Assembly: GCA_028698585.1 (NCBI GenBank)
Contig: JAQVWG010000002.1
Span: 150,250 to 214,249 of the forward strand
DNA from: Clostridia bacterium
GTDB lineage: Bacteria > Bacillota > Clostridia > Christensenellales > CAG-314
Direction: 5' to 3'
DNA length: 64,000 nt
How positions within the stretch are numbered: the stretch's first letter is position 1; every line of letters starts with the position of its first letter. Under the pieces are notes generated by a model. The model worked only from the letters and a program-made list of their open reading frames with translations. It made no database searches and was not told the origin of the DNA. A program made the translations under genes and the position numbers. Shown here in pieces: positions 9,535 through 19,610 of the stretch.

Positions 9535-10668
9535 ATGTTTACAATTCAGATACCTGCCACCTATGGGGCAGAGGCAGTAGTAAAAAGGGAACTGGATAGG
9601 TTGGGATATATCGGCAGTCGTGCAATTAATGGTAGAGTTGTGTTTAATGGTGATTATGACGCCATTGCTCGCACTAATATGTTTTTGCGCAGTGGCGAAA
9701 GGGTGTTGATGGTGCTAGCACAGTTTAATGCGCAGACATTCAATCAAGTGTATGATAATGTCTACAATATCAATTGGAGCGACTATCTAACTGTTGATTG
9801 CAGAATACTGACTTATGCCAAAAGTGTCAACAGTCAACTGTTCGCTATCAAGTCACTATGCAGTATAGTTAAGAAAGCCATAGTGGACAAGCTGACTGCG
9901 CAGTATCACTCTGCGTTGAACGAGTCAGGCGCAAGGGCGATGATTGAGATAAGTATCAATAATGATTATGCGACATTGACGCTTGACACATCAGGCGACG
10001 GACTGTATAAGAGGGGATATCGTACACTTGCGTATTCTGCACCCTTGAAGGAAACGCTAGCGGCATCATTGATTGACTTGTCCTTCTACCACCCCGACAA
10101 ACATTTCGCAGACGTATTCTGTGGCAGTGGCACACTACCCATAGAGGTCGCCTTGCGTGCACTTAATATAGCCAGTGGTCTTAATCGCCAGTTTGATTAC
10201 TGCAATTTCAAGTTTATTGATAAGCAATATTATAATAATGCGCTTACAGAGGCCAAGGACAGACAGAACCTTGACCGCAAAGTATGTATCAGTGGCTATG
10301 ACATCAGCCAACAAGCCATATCTATCAGCAGATATCACGCTAAGAATGCAGGCGTTGACAAATATATTCATTTTCAAGTAGCAGACGCGCGCAGTTTTTC
10401 CTCTCACAACAGCTACGGTGTGTTGATAAGCAACCCACCTTATGGGCAAAGGCTAGGTAATATGGCAGAGGTTAAGAGATTATATGCGGATTTTGGCACA
10501 ATGTATCGTAGTCTACCCAACTGGAATTGCTACGTGTTGACATCTTATGAGGAGTTCGAAAGGCAGTTCGGTCGCAAGGCAGACAAGAAACGTAAGTTGT
10601 ATAACGGCAATATTGCATGTACATATTACACCTATCAGTCGGATAAACCTGCCCATAAAGGGCAATAA
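9535..10668 (+). CDS. THUMP domain-containing class I SAM-dependent RNA methyltransferase (RlmL/YpsC-like)
   Basis: N-terminal THUMP-like region, SAM motif I DVFCGSGT, motif IV ISNPPYGQRLG. The ORF-track TTG start at 9475 would overlap the promoter. Confidence 0.8.
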   Translation: MFTIQIPATYGAEAVVKRELDRLGYIGSRAINGRVVFNGDYDAIARTNMFLRSGERVLMVLAQFNAQTFNQVYDNVYNINWSDYLTVDCRILTYAKSVNSQLFAIKSLCSIVKKAIVDKLTAQYHSALNESGARAMIEISINNDYATLTLDTSGDGLYKRGYRTLAYSAPLKETLAASLIDLSFYHPDKHFADVFCGSGTLPIEVALRALNIASGLNRQFDYCNFKFIDKQYYNNALTEAKDRQNLDRKVCISGYDISQQAISISRYHAKNAGVDKYIHFQVADARSFSSHNSYGVLISNPPYGQRLGNMAEVKRLYADFGTMYRSLPNWNCYVLTSYEEFERQFGRKADKKRKLYNGNIACTYYTYQSDKPAHKGQ

Positions 10669-10679
10669 TGTCTAGCCTA

Positions 10680-10930
10680 GATATGAACAGTAGTATCGGT
10701 ATTACTAATAAACTAGCATTAGCCACTCCATAATGTTAATATTCATGAGTGCTCATATGAACAGTAGTATTGAATGCTAATAAACACAGCCTTACCCATC
10801 TTATAAATGTTAATAATCACGAGTGATGATATGATAGTATCATTGGTATGACTAATAAATATAGCTTTTACAACTCCATAACGTCAATAATCACGAGTGA
10901 TGATATGAACAGTAGCGTCGCAAATAATTA
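10680..10930. repeat. Degenerate tandem repeat, about 74-bp unit, about 3.3 copies
   Basis: Units start with ATATGAACAGTAG / ATATGATAGTAT at about 10681, 10755, 10829 and 10903. They share ...CTAATAAA...CCATAA.GT.AATAATCACGAGTGATG. Copies are clearly diverged. Intergenic. Confidence 0.75.
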
Positions 10931-11063
10931 GTGCATAAATGCATAAATCACTTATATATATTTTTTTGGTGTGTAATACTTTATCTACACGCTGTTTTAT
11001 GGTATAATAAACAAGCAATACTTATTGATTGAACAGTGTTGTAATCAACGAAGGAGTTTGCTC

Positions 11064-11744
11064 ATGCAGGTATATCAAATAGTTTTTGCAGTAGTCTATA
11101 TTTGTTTACTGATAACTTACTTTTTTGTCGAAGTACGCCCTAACCAGAGGCTAAGAGCATCAATCAAGATACCACTAGCAAGTCTCTTCTTATTACTCGC
11201 CATAATCAATACCGTGCTCAATCCTGTTCAGTTATACATTAAATTGGCGCTGCTACTGGCATGTATTCTGGCTCTGGTAGGGGATATATTACTGGTTATC
11301 GCAGATGACATGAGTTGGTTTGTGAGAGGTGGCATATGTTTTAGCGTGTGTAACTGCATATCAGCCCTTGCCATGTTCGCATACCTTATAGTCAGCCGTC
11401 TGCCCTTTATAGATTGGTGGTGGTTTATATTGACGTTCATTATATTGACCGGAATTGTTATATCTCTGCAGGCAACCAGAGTAATTAATCTAGGCAAAAT
11501 GCGTGCAGGATTGACAGCATACCTTACAACCATTACTCTGTGTTGCGCGCTGGGACTGGCAATAGCGGTATGTTATGCCACTCCATTCACGATACTATTA
11601 GGACTGGGTTATATGTTGTTCATGATATCCGACTATTTCTTGATTACGTACAAGGTACTTATACACAAGAAGCCATTGTTGGTACTCAATAGTGCTACTT
11701 ATTTCGTGGGGATGTTCTTGATTGCCATGGCAATGGCATTCTAG
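11064..11744 (+). CDS. Polytopic membrane protein, YhhN (lysoplasmalogenase)-like
   Basis: About 226 aa with 7-8 hydrophobic helices and an LVGDILL motif reminiscent of the YhhN family. Start at ATG 11064 after an AAGGAG SD. Family assignment from memory only. Confidence 0.45.
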   Translation: MQVYQIVFAVVYICLLITYFFVEVRPNQRLRASIKIPLASLFLLLAIINTVLNPVQLYIKLALLLACILALVGDILLVIADDMSWFVRGGICFSVCNCISALAMFAYLIVSRLPFIDWWWFILTFIILTGIVISLQATRVINLGKMRAGLTAYLTTITLCCALGLAIAVCYATPFTILLGLGYMLFMISDYFLITYKVLIHKKPLLVLNSATYFVGMFLIAMAMAF

Positions 11745-11803
11745 ATAATTAGTCAACTAGTGCACAACTCTTATATAGCCAGTACAGATGAGGTATTGTT
11801 AAA

Positions 11804-13624
11804 TTGACCAAAGTCAACTACGCCATTATACACAACAACATTGACTATGCCTACACCATACTTGGTGCGCATAGAGTGAATAAGCAACAGGTTGAGTTCA
11901 GCCTATATGCACCCAATGCAGTCGCCGTCTATTTGATAGGCGACTTTAATAGTTGGGCGGAGGACGCGACACCGTTATCCAGAATGGATAGTGGGGTATG
12001 GACTACAACCGTTACTGCTAAACATCTACAACAGTATAAGTATATCATTTACACTACCAGTGGTGCTAAGCTATATAAGGCTGATCCTTATGCATTCTAT
12101 TCGCAAACAAGGGGTGGCACCAACTCTATTATATTCGATTCCAACTACACCTTTAGTGACAGTGCATATATCAATAATCGCCATGAGATATATGATAAAC
12201 CTATCAACATATATGAGGTACACCTTGGTAGTTGGTGTAGACAGGATAATGGCGTCCTTAACTATCGTGAACTGGCAGACAGATTATCTGATTATGTTGT
12301 TGATATGGGATACACACACATAGAACTAATGCCATTATGTGAGTATCCGTTAGATGACTCTTGGGGATATCAGGTAACTGGATATTTTTCGCCAACCGCA
12401 CGGTATGGCAATCCCGACGACTTAAGATATTTTGTGGACACAATGCACCATAATAATATAGGTGTTATTCTAGATTGGGTGCCAGCGCACTTTTGTAAAG
12501 ACGCTTTTGGGTTATACGAGTTCGACGGCAGTTGTGTATATGAATGCAGTGATGACCTTATGCAAGAGCACAGACAGTGGGGTACCAGAGTATTCGATAC
12601 CTCAAAAGGCTACGTGGTTTCCTTCCTAGTATCCTCAGCACTGTATTGGTTGAGAGAGTTTCACTTCGATGGACTGCGAGTAGACGCAGTAGCCAGCATG
12701 CTATACTTAGACTATGGCAGACAGAATGGACAGTGGCGTCCTAATAGATATGGTGGTAAAGAGAACATAGACAACATCAACTTTATCCGCCGTCTGTCAA
12801 TAAGCGCATTCGCACACAATCCATCTTGTCTGTTGATTGCCGAGGAGTCCACCTCTTATGCAGGGATAACAATGCCTGTGGACTGCGACGGACTGGGATT
12901 CAACTATAAATGGAATATGGGGTGGATGAACGACTTTTTGAGTTACTTCTCTGCCGACTTCGACAAGCGCAAGGCACTGCATAATAAACTGACTTTTCCA
13001 CTGATGTATGCATACAGCGAGAACTACATCTTACCCTTCTCTCACGATGAAGTGGTGTATGGCAAGTGTAGTTTGATTAACAAAATGCCCGGCAGTTATG
13101 AACAAAAGTTTAATGGATTGAGAGTTATGTTGGCATTAATGTATGCTTTTCCCGGCAAAAAACTGTCTTTTATGGGCAATGAGATAGCGCAGTTCAACGA
13201 ATGGAACTTTAATTCACAGATAGAGTGGCAATTACTGGACTATCCGATGCATGAGCATTATAGGGATTATTGCCGTGCTCTTAATCACTTCTATATTACC
13301 CATGAAGCATTCTACAGGTATGATCATGCGCCTGTAGGATTCAGTTGGGACAAGGTAGACGATAATACTGGCATAGTGGCGTTTACAAGGCATGGCAGAA
13401 CGGAGCGTATTTTTTGTCTATTCAACACTTCACTGTATGAACGCAAGGACTATGTTATCTCTCTGCCCGACGGACAGTATCAGTGTATATTCAGCACTAA
13501 TGGTGTGCAATATCAGTTTAATGCATATAGTAATAGGGCTATAATCAATATACCACCTCTATGCGCAATGTATTACTGTTACAGTCCACTAGATTCAACC
13601 CGTGCCCGCGAACTAGATTATTAA
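11804..13624 (+). CDS. glgB: 1,4-alpha-glucan branching enzyme
   Basis: 606 aa GH13 with branching-enzyme motifs: WGYQVTGYF, DWVPAHF, HFDGLRVDAVASMLY, LIAEESTS, FSHDEVV. TTG start. Confidence 0.85.
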   Translation: MTKVNYAIIHNNIDYAYTILGAHRVNKQQVEFSLYAPNAVAVYLIGDFNSWAEDATPLSRMDSGVWTTTVTAKHLQQYKYIIYTTSGAKLYKADPYAFYSQTRGGTNSIIFDSNYTFSDSAYINNRHEIYDKPINIYEVHLGSWCRQDNGVLNYRELADRLSDYVVDMGYTHIELMPLCEYPLDDSWGYQVTGYFSPTARYGNPDDLRYFVDTMHHNNIGVILDWVPAHFCKDAFGLYEFDGSCVYECSDDLMQEHRQWGTRVFDTSKGYVVSFLVSSALYWLREFHFDGLRVDAVASMLYLDYGRQNGQWRPNRYGGKENIDNINFIRRLSISAFAHNPSCLLIAEESTSYAGITMPVDCDGLGFNYKWNMGWMNDFLSYFSADFDKRKALHNKLTFPLMYAYSENYILPFSHDEVVYGKCSLINKMPGSYEQKFNGLRVMLALMYAFPGKKLSFMGNEIAQFNEWNFNSQIEWQLLDYPMHEHYRDYCRALNHFYITHEAFYRYDHAPVGFSWDKVDDNTGIVAFTRHGRTERIFCLFNTSLYERKDYVISLPDGQYQCIFSTNGVQYQFNAYSNRAIINIPPLCAMYYCYSPLDSTRARELDY

Positions 13625-13637
13625 CGAGGTTTACTAT

Positions 13638-16037
13638 ATGATATCCAGTCAAAAATTATGGCAACTCATCGACGAGAGTTTATCACGCAACTATGGTGTT
13701 TCCCCCAACGAAGCGTCAGTTAAACAGATGTACAGCGCAGTTGCTCTAGTAGTCAAGAACATTCTATTAGTCAAGCGAAAGTCCTTCAATAGTCAGTTCA
13801 AAAAAGAGGGCAAGAAGCGTGTGCACTATCTGTCTATGGAGTTCCTTGTTGGCAGAAGTCTCAAAAACAATATATATAACCTCGGCATAACCAAGCAACT
13901 AGAGGAGGCACTTGACCAACACGGATTCATACTCAATCAACTGTATGAGCAAGAGAGTGATGCGGGGCTAGGCAACGGTGGACTGGGAAGGCTGGCTGCA
14001 TGCTATTTTGACGCACTGGCAACAGGCAACTATCCTGCGACAGGTCACTGTTTAAGATATGAGTACGGCATTTTTTCGCAGAAACTGATAGACGGTTGGC
14101 AGACAGAACTGCCGGATAACTGGCTACCCAGTGGCGAAGTGTGGCTGACCCAGAGGGCTGATAAGGCTGTTACGGTCAAGTTCGGTGGCAGAGTGAACGA
14201 ACAATGGCAACAGAATCGCATGGTGTCCGTTCATACCGACTATGAACAGGTGGAGGCTATGCCCTATGACTTGATGATAAGTGGCTATGATAGTGATGCA
14301 GTAGCAGTGTTGAGGTTATGGTCGGCACGCAATAAGCATACGTTCGATATGCACGCATTCAGTCAAGGTGAATATGTCAAGGCATTACAGAAAGACACAG
14401 AGGCAGAGATTATTACTAAAGTGTTATATCCTGCTGATGACAATATAGCAGGCAAGTCCTTAAGGCTTAAACAACAGTATTTTCTCGTATCCTCAGCACT
14501 CCAAGACATAACTAACGACCACCTCAAGAGGAACAATGATTTGAGTAACCTGCCCGAACAAGTGGCTATTCACATCAATGACACACATCCCGTTCTTGCT
14601 ATACCTGAGTTGATGAGAATACTGCTAGATGAACAAGGATTCGACTGGGACAAGTCATGGGATATCACCACGCGCACTTGCGCATACACTAATCACACCG
14701 TAATGAGCGAAGCGCTAGAAGTGTGGGGGGAGGAGTTCTTCCAACGTGTTCTACCTAGACTGTATGATATAGTTAAGGAGATTAACAAGAGGGCAAGTGC
14801 AGATATGTGGAACAGGTGCAAAGACTGGAAGAAGGTGTCAGATACGGCAGTCATAGCATACGACCAGATACGTATGGCCAATCTAGCTGTTGTGGGTAGT
14901 CATGTAGTTAACGGAGTATCTCAACTGCACACAGATATATTAGAGAGGGACTTGTTCAAGGAGTTCTATAGGCAATATCCCGATAAGTTTGTTAATGTTA
15001 CCAATGGTATAGCTATGCGTAGGTGGTTATGTCAAAGTAACGTTAGACTGACTCACCTACTGGACGAGACAATAGGTAGGGAATATATATACGATTTTGC
15101 TCTGCTCAAGCAGTTAGAAAAATACAAGGATGACAAGAGCGTTCTATCTGCTCTGTCGGGCATTAAGCAGGCTAACAAAGTCGAGTTTGCCAACTATATC
15201 GCACAGAGTGGCGTCATCATTGACCCGACATCTAGATTTGACGTTCAGGTCAAGCGCCTTCATGAGTACAAGCGCCAACTACTCAACGCATTGCGTATAA
15301 TTGCGCTATACAGACAACTTAAGGATAATCCCAATATGGATATGGTGCCACAGACATTCATATTCGGCGCTAAGGCGGCAAGCAGTTATTATATGGCCAA
15401 GGACATTATTAAACTGATATATAAGCTAGGCGAAAGCATCCGTAAGGATAAGCGAGTTAATGACATACTTAATGTCGTTTTCCTCGAAAACTACAATGTA
15501 ACACTTGCCGAGAGGTTGATACCGTGTAGCGAAGTATCTCAACAGATTTCGCTGGCAGGCAAGGAGGCATCCGGCACCGGCAATATGAAGTTCATGGTTA
15601 ATGGTGCTATTACCATGGGTACGCTTGACGGCGCGAATGTAGAGATTGCTCAAGCCGTGGGCAAAAATAATATTATTATATTCGGTTTGAATGCCGATCA
15701 AGTTAGTAACAGGTGGCAAGCTGGATATAACAGCATGGATTACTATTTTGTTAACAACACGTTACGTGCAGTTATTGACGAACTGAACGTAGGATTCGAC
15801 GGCGCAGATTTTGGCAACATAGTGGCATATCTGCTCAAAAACAATATTCCAGACCCCTATATGTGTATTGCAGATTTCGACGATTATATCAAGGCTCAAG
15901 CAAGGCTGGATAGTTGCTATGCAGACAAGATGCTATGGAACAAGATGAGTCTAATAAATATAGCCAATGCAGGCAGATTTTCTGCCGACAGATCCATTAA
16001 GGAGTATGCGGACAAAATATGGAATATGTCCAAGTAA
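13638..16037 (+). CDS. glgP: Glycogen / maltodextrin phosphorylase
   Basis: 799 aa GT35. GLGNGGLGRLAAC, the PLP-lysine motif EASGTGNMKF, and HEYKRQLLN. Confidence 0.9.
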   Translation: MISSQKLWQLIDESLSRNYGVSPNEASVKQMYSAVALVVKNILLVKRKSFNSQFKKEGKKRVHYLSMEFLVGRSLKNNIYNLGITKQLEEALDQHGFILNQLYEQESDAGLGNGGLGRLAACYFDALATGNYPATGHCLRYEYGIFSQKLIDGWQTELPDNWLPSGEVWLTQRADKAVTVKFGGRVNEQWQQNRMVSVHTDYEQVEAMPYDLMISGYDSDAVAVLRLWSARNKHTFDMHAFSQGEYVKALQKDTEAEIITKVLYPADDNIAGKSLRLKQQYFLVSSALQDITNDHLKRNNDLSNLPEQVAIHINDTHPVLAIPELMRILLDEQGFDWDKSWDITTRTCAYTNHTVMSEALEVWGEEFFQRVLPRLYDIVKEINKRASADMWNRCKDWKKVSDTAVIAYDQIRMANLAVVGSHVVNGVSQLHTDILERDLFKEFYRQYPDKFVNVTNGIAMRRWLCQSNVRLTHLLDETIGREYIYDFALLKQLEKYKDDKSVLSALSGIKQANKVEFANYIAQSGVIIDPTSRFDVQVKRLHEYKRQLLNALRIIALYRQLKDNPNMDMVPQTFIFGAKAASSYYMAKDIIKLIYKLGESIRKDKRVNDILNVVFLENYNVTLAERLIPCSEVSQQISLAGKEASGTGNMKFMVNGAITMGTLDGANVEIAQAVGKNNIIIFGLNADQVSNRWQAGYNSMDYYFVNNTLRAVIDELNVGFDGADFGNIVAYLLKNNIPDPYMCIADFDDYIKAQARLDSCYADKMLWNKMSLINIANAGRFSADRSIKEYADKIWNMSK

Positions 16038-16049
16038 AGTAACCTATAA

Positions 16050-17885
16050 ATGCAGTTATTCGTATTCAATCCCATAGACGTTAACCATAAGAGCATAGTT
16101 GGTGCTATCTCTGCCGAGGAAAAGGTAACTATAACCATAGGTGTGCTACGCAGTCTAGCCATAGACAATATTAGATATCTAGTTCATCAAGACGGTGGAT
16201 ATGATACTGCCATTGCTATGGTTAAGAGTTACACCAACGGTCAGTACGATTATTACAGCGTAGATATAGAACTACCAAGAGGGTTATACTGGTATTGCTT
16301 CGAGGTGGATAGACAGGGCATGCGTGCCAAGGTGGGATTAGGCGTCAACAGGCAGGCGCAACTATCATATGATAATCCTAACTACTATCAGTTACTAGTA
16401 TATCAACAACAGTATGATAGCCCACAATGGTTGGGTCAAGGCATAATGTATCATATATTTGTTGATAGGTTCTGTTCACATAAGTGCGGGCCAACGGTAA
16501 GAGATGGTCAAGTGGCTAAGGAATGGAATCAGACACCTACTCATTACAATCAGTATGGTCAAGCCCTCTGCAACGACTTCTATGGTGGAGATTTACTAGG
16601 CATAGAGTCTAAACTAGACTATCTATGTAGTCTAGGTGTTACGTGTCTGTATCTATCGCCGATATTTACGGCTAATAGTAATCACAAGTATGATACTGCA
16701 GACTACATGACTATCGATTCTGCATTCGGTACAGAACAAGACTTCGTCAGCCTGTGTCAGCATGCCAAGAGTAAGGGCATACACATAGTGTTAGACGGTG
16801 TATTCAACCATACAGGAGCAGACAGCATATATTTTAACAAATATGGTCACTATAATTCCCTAGGTGCATATCAAAGTAATCATTCACCCTATTATGACTG
16901 GTACACATTCAATAACCAAGACAGGAGTAAATACGCAAGTTGGTGGGGGATAGATAATTTGCCTGCGCATAATGCCAACAGCCCTAGTCTGCAAGAGTTT
17001 ATCGCCGGTACAGACGGCGTCGTTGCCAAGTGGCTTAAACTGGGTGCAGACGGCTGGCGACTTGACGTAGTGGACGAGATAAATGACAACATGTTGGATA
17101 GGATTGTTTACAGAGCCAAGTGTGTCACGCCTGATTCGGCAATCATTGGCGAAGTATGGGAGGACGCTACCAACAAGATAAGTTATGGCGTCAGGAGAAG
17201 ATATTTTCAGGGGGCTCAACTGGACAGCGTAATGAATTATCAGTTGAAGAATGCCATCATAGATTATGTCCGCAATGGCAATACTGGTGCCCTGTCTAAC
17301 ATTATGTATGAGTTTACAAATAATTACCCTTCATTCGCCCTAGACAATCTAATGAATATCATAGATTCACACGATACGCCTAGAGCACTTACTGCCTTGT
17401 ATGATACTATATACGACTCACGCACAGATGATACTCAATATGCAGATAGAGTCATATCAGGCGATAGATATTATCAAGCAAGAGAGTTGCTCAAAATGGC
17501 AGTAGTGCTTCAATATACCCTTGTTGGATTTCCTTCGATATTCTACGGAGATGAGGCAGGATTATCTGGCTATAGCGACCCCTATTGCAGACGCTGTTAT
17601 CCTTGGGGGAACGAAGATAACCAACTGATCGACTTCTATAGGCATCTTGCCACCATTCGCAGACTGCCGTGTTTCCATGGAGGGCAATTTACACAACTAG
17701 TTGCAGATGACGGATTATATGTATATACTCGCAGTGTTGTTGGTTGCACAGTATTGGTTCTGCTATCCACAAGTTACCATACGTACACGCTGGACGGTCA
17801 ATACCTTGACCTATCTAGCGACTGTGTGTGCCAAGGAGATATAACCTTATCGCCCAATAGTTATATGATACTGCGTAAATTATAA
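16050..17885 (+). CDS. GH13 alpha-amylase family enzyme (neopullulanase / cyclomaltodextrinase-like)
   Basis: 611 aa with the four GH13 regions: VLDGVFNHTG, GWRLDVVDEI, IIGEVWED, IIDSHDTPR. Third gene of the glycogen cluster. Confidence 0.8.
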   Translation: MQLFVFNPIDVNHKSIVGAISAEEKVTITIGVLRSLAIDNIRYLVHQDGGYDTAIAMVKSYTNGQYDYYSVDIELPRGLYWYCFEVDRQGMRAKVGLGVNRQAQLSYDNPNYYQLLVYQQQYDSPQWLGQGIMYHIFVDRFCSHKCGPTVRDGQVAKEWNQTPTHYNQYGQALCNDFYGGDLLGIESKLDYLCSLGVTCLYLSPIFTANSNHKYDTADYMTIDSAFGTEQDFVSLCQHAKSKGIHIVLDGVFNHTGADSIYFNKYGHYNSLGAYQSNHSPYYDWYTFNNQDRSKYASWWGIDNLPAHNANSPSLQEFIAGTDGVVAKWLKLGADGWRLDVVDEINDNMLDRIVYRAKCVTPDSAIIGEVWEDATNKISYGVRRRYFQGAQLDSVMNYQLKNAIIDYVRNGNTGALSNIMYEFTNNYPSFALDNLMNIIDSHDTPRALTALYDTIYDSRTDDTQYADRVISGDRYYQARELLKMAVVLQYTLVGFPSIFYGDEAGLSGYSDPYCRRCYPWGNEDNQLIDFYRHLATIRRLPCFHGGQFTQLVADDGLYVYTRSVVGCTVLVLLSTSYHTYTLDGQYLDLSSDCVCQGDITLSPNSYMILRKL

Positions 17886-17922
17886 CACAATCAGCAATTG
17901 CATTGCTATAACCTTATCTATA

Positions 17923-18157
17923 CGTATATTCAACGCCAATGTAACGGTAAACACTATTGTACAGTTGATTTGACTTACTCGTTACTACCTCGGCGCCATA
18001 AGGCGCAACTAGAATAATAATTGTTGTAAATAAGTTAATATCAATTATTACAGTATATCAAGCTCAACAGTCTACATCATAATTATTACCCACACCGCAA
18101 GTACCTAACATAACGCGTGTATTCAACGCCAACATAATGGCAACTACTATTGTGTAG
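17923..18157. repeat. Pair of 42-nt direct repeats 193 bp apart
   Basis: CGTATATTCAACGCCAATGTAACGGTAAACACTATTGTACAG (17923-17964) versus CGTGTATTCAACGCCAACATAATGGCAACTACTATTGTGTAG (18116-18157), 33 of 42 identical. In the ORF-free region upstream of spo0A. Confidence 0.6.
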
Positions 18158-18618
18158 GTTTACTATGTTGGTCTATTATTTACCTTAAAATAATATAGCT
18201 AAGATATCTCCGTCATAATTATACTATTAGGACTCTCACATCAATTGACGCGTGCGTTGTGCTAATGCCACTATGATAGCTAGCATGCAATTATGATTCT
18301 TGTCTTGCCACTTATATACGTTAGTATTATAGGATGAACACATCTACGCTGTCAATATTCATGTGTTGATTAGAATTATCCACAGTAAATAATGCTTATT
18401 CAGGCCATCCTTTAACAATATTCAATATTGCATAATGTGAGAAAAAAAATGTGCGTTTTTCAGCATTTTTTGGACACTATGATTATTATTCATACAGATA
18501 ATTAATAAAAATGAAATTATTTTATACAAAATCGTTGTATTTCTTACAATATTCGATTATACTAACACCAATATTTGTGTTAATTTGTTGGTATCATAGA
18601 GAACAAGGAGAATATTGA

Positions 18619-19359
18619 ATGAAGATTAAAGTCGGATTTGTAGGCAATTTTTACGTTGCAGAGCAATTATTGACTAGTAATGAGGTTGAGGTAGTATTCA
18701 ATGTTAACGATGGCGCACTCGCATACCAACTATTTGATCAGAGGGGTGCTGATTGCGTAGTAACCGAATTGATTGTGCCACAGTTAGATGGTTTTGGACT
18801 GATAGAGAAACTCAAACAGCATTCGTCAACACCGCGCATTATTGTGCTGACAGAACTCAAGAGTGAAGTCTTCGTACTCAAAACATATGAAATGGGTATA
18901 GCAGATTATCTAGTCAAGCCCTACGACGCTCAAGCTCTTTTACATGTTATTAATTCTCCTGCAAGCAGAGTTATCAGTAAACCCACAGCTAGGAGCATTG
19001 ACAACTCTCGTTCACTAGACGAGAAGCTGAGCAACATATTCATATCTGTGGGTATACCTGCGCACATCAAGGGCTATCAGTTCTTGCGAGAGGGTATCAA
19101 GCTGGCAGTTGATAATCCACCTATCATTAACAGCATTACTAAGGCGCTTTACCCAACCATTGCTAAACGCTACGATACTACAGCCTCTAAGGTTGAGCGA
19201 GCGATAAGGCATGCAATTGAGGTGGCGTGGAACAGAGGCAAGATAGACAACATCAACTCCATCTTCGGGATTAAGGTGTACAGTAATCATGAACGTCCTA
19301 CTAACGGTGAGTTCATTGCCCTACTTGCAGACAAAATGCTTCTGGAATGTGCCTACTGA
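18619..19359 (+). CDS. spo0A: Sporulation master regulator Spo0A with an atypical aspartate-less receiver domain
   Basis: C-terminal Spo0A signature: GIPAHIKGYQFLREGI, YPTIAKRYDTTASKVERAIRHAIEVAWNRG, RPTNGEFIALLADK. The N-terminal REC fold has G9-N10 and E50 at the acidic-pocket and acceptor positions. Confidence 0.85.
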   Translation: MKIKVGFVGNFYVAEQLLTSNEVEVVFNVNDGALAYQLFDQRGADCVVTELIVPQLDGFGLIEKLKQHSSTPRIIVLTELKSEVFVLKTYEMGIADYLVKPYDAQALLHVINSPASRVISKPTARSIDNSRSLDEKLSNIFISVGIPAHIKGYQFLREGIKLAVDNPPIINSITKALYPTIAKRYDTTASKVERAIRHAIEVAWNRGKIDNINSIFGIKVYSNHERPTNGEFIALLADKMLLECAY

Positions 19360-19610
19360 CATGATGTCAAGGATAGTAAGACGTAATGCAAGCAATAATG
19401 TGCGCTCGTAAATAACTATAAACAACGCAGTGATTAATAGTAATAACCAGTTGTTTTGAGCTACAAGCGACGATAGCACACTATTGCTATGCTTTGCACA
19501 ATATCAATCGAAAAAAAGATAATACTTTTTTGCTTTTTGGCATAATATTGTTGTAACCTTCTTCCTTGTGTGTTAGAATAGCAACATCAATAAAGGAGAG
19601 TGTCACAACC

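Noticed and set aside
18400-18618. Spo0A boxes (TGTCGAA) or a sigma-H promoter upstream of spo0A
   Set aside because: Only partial matches (TTCGAT) were seen, which I cannot distinguish from chance in AT-rich DNA.
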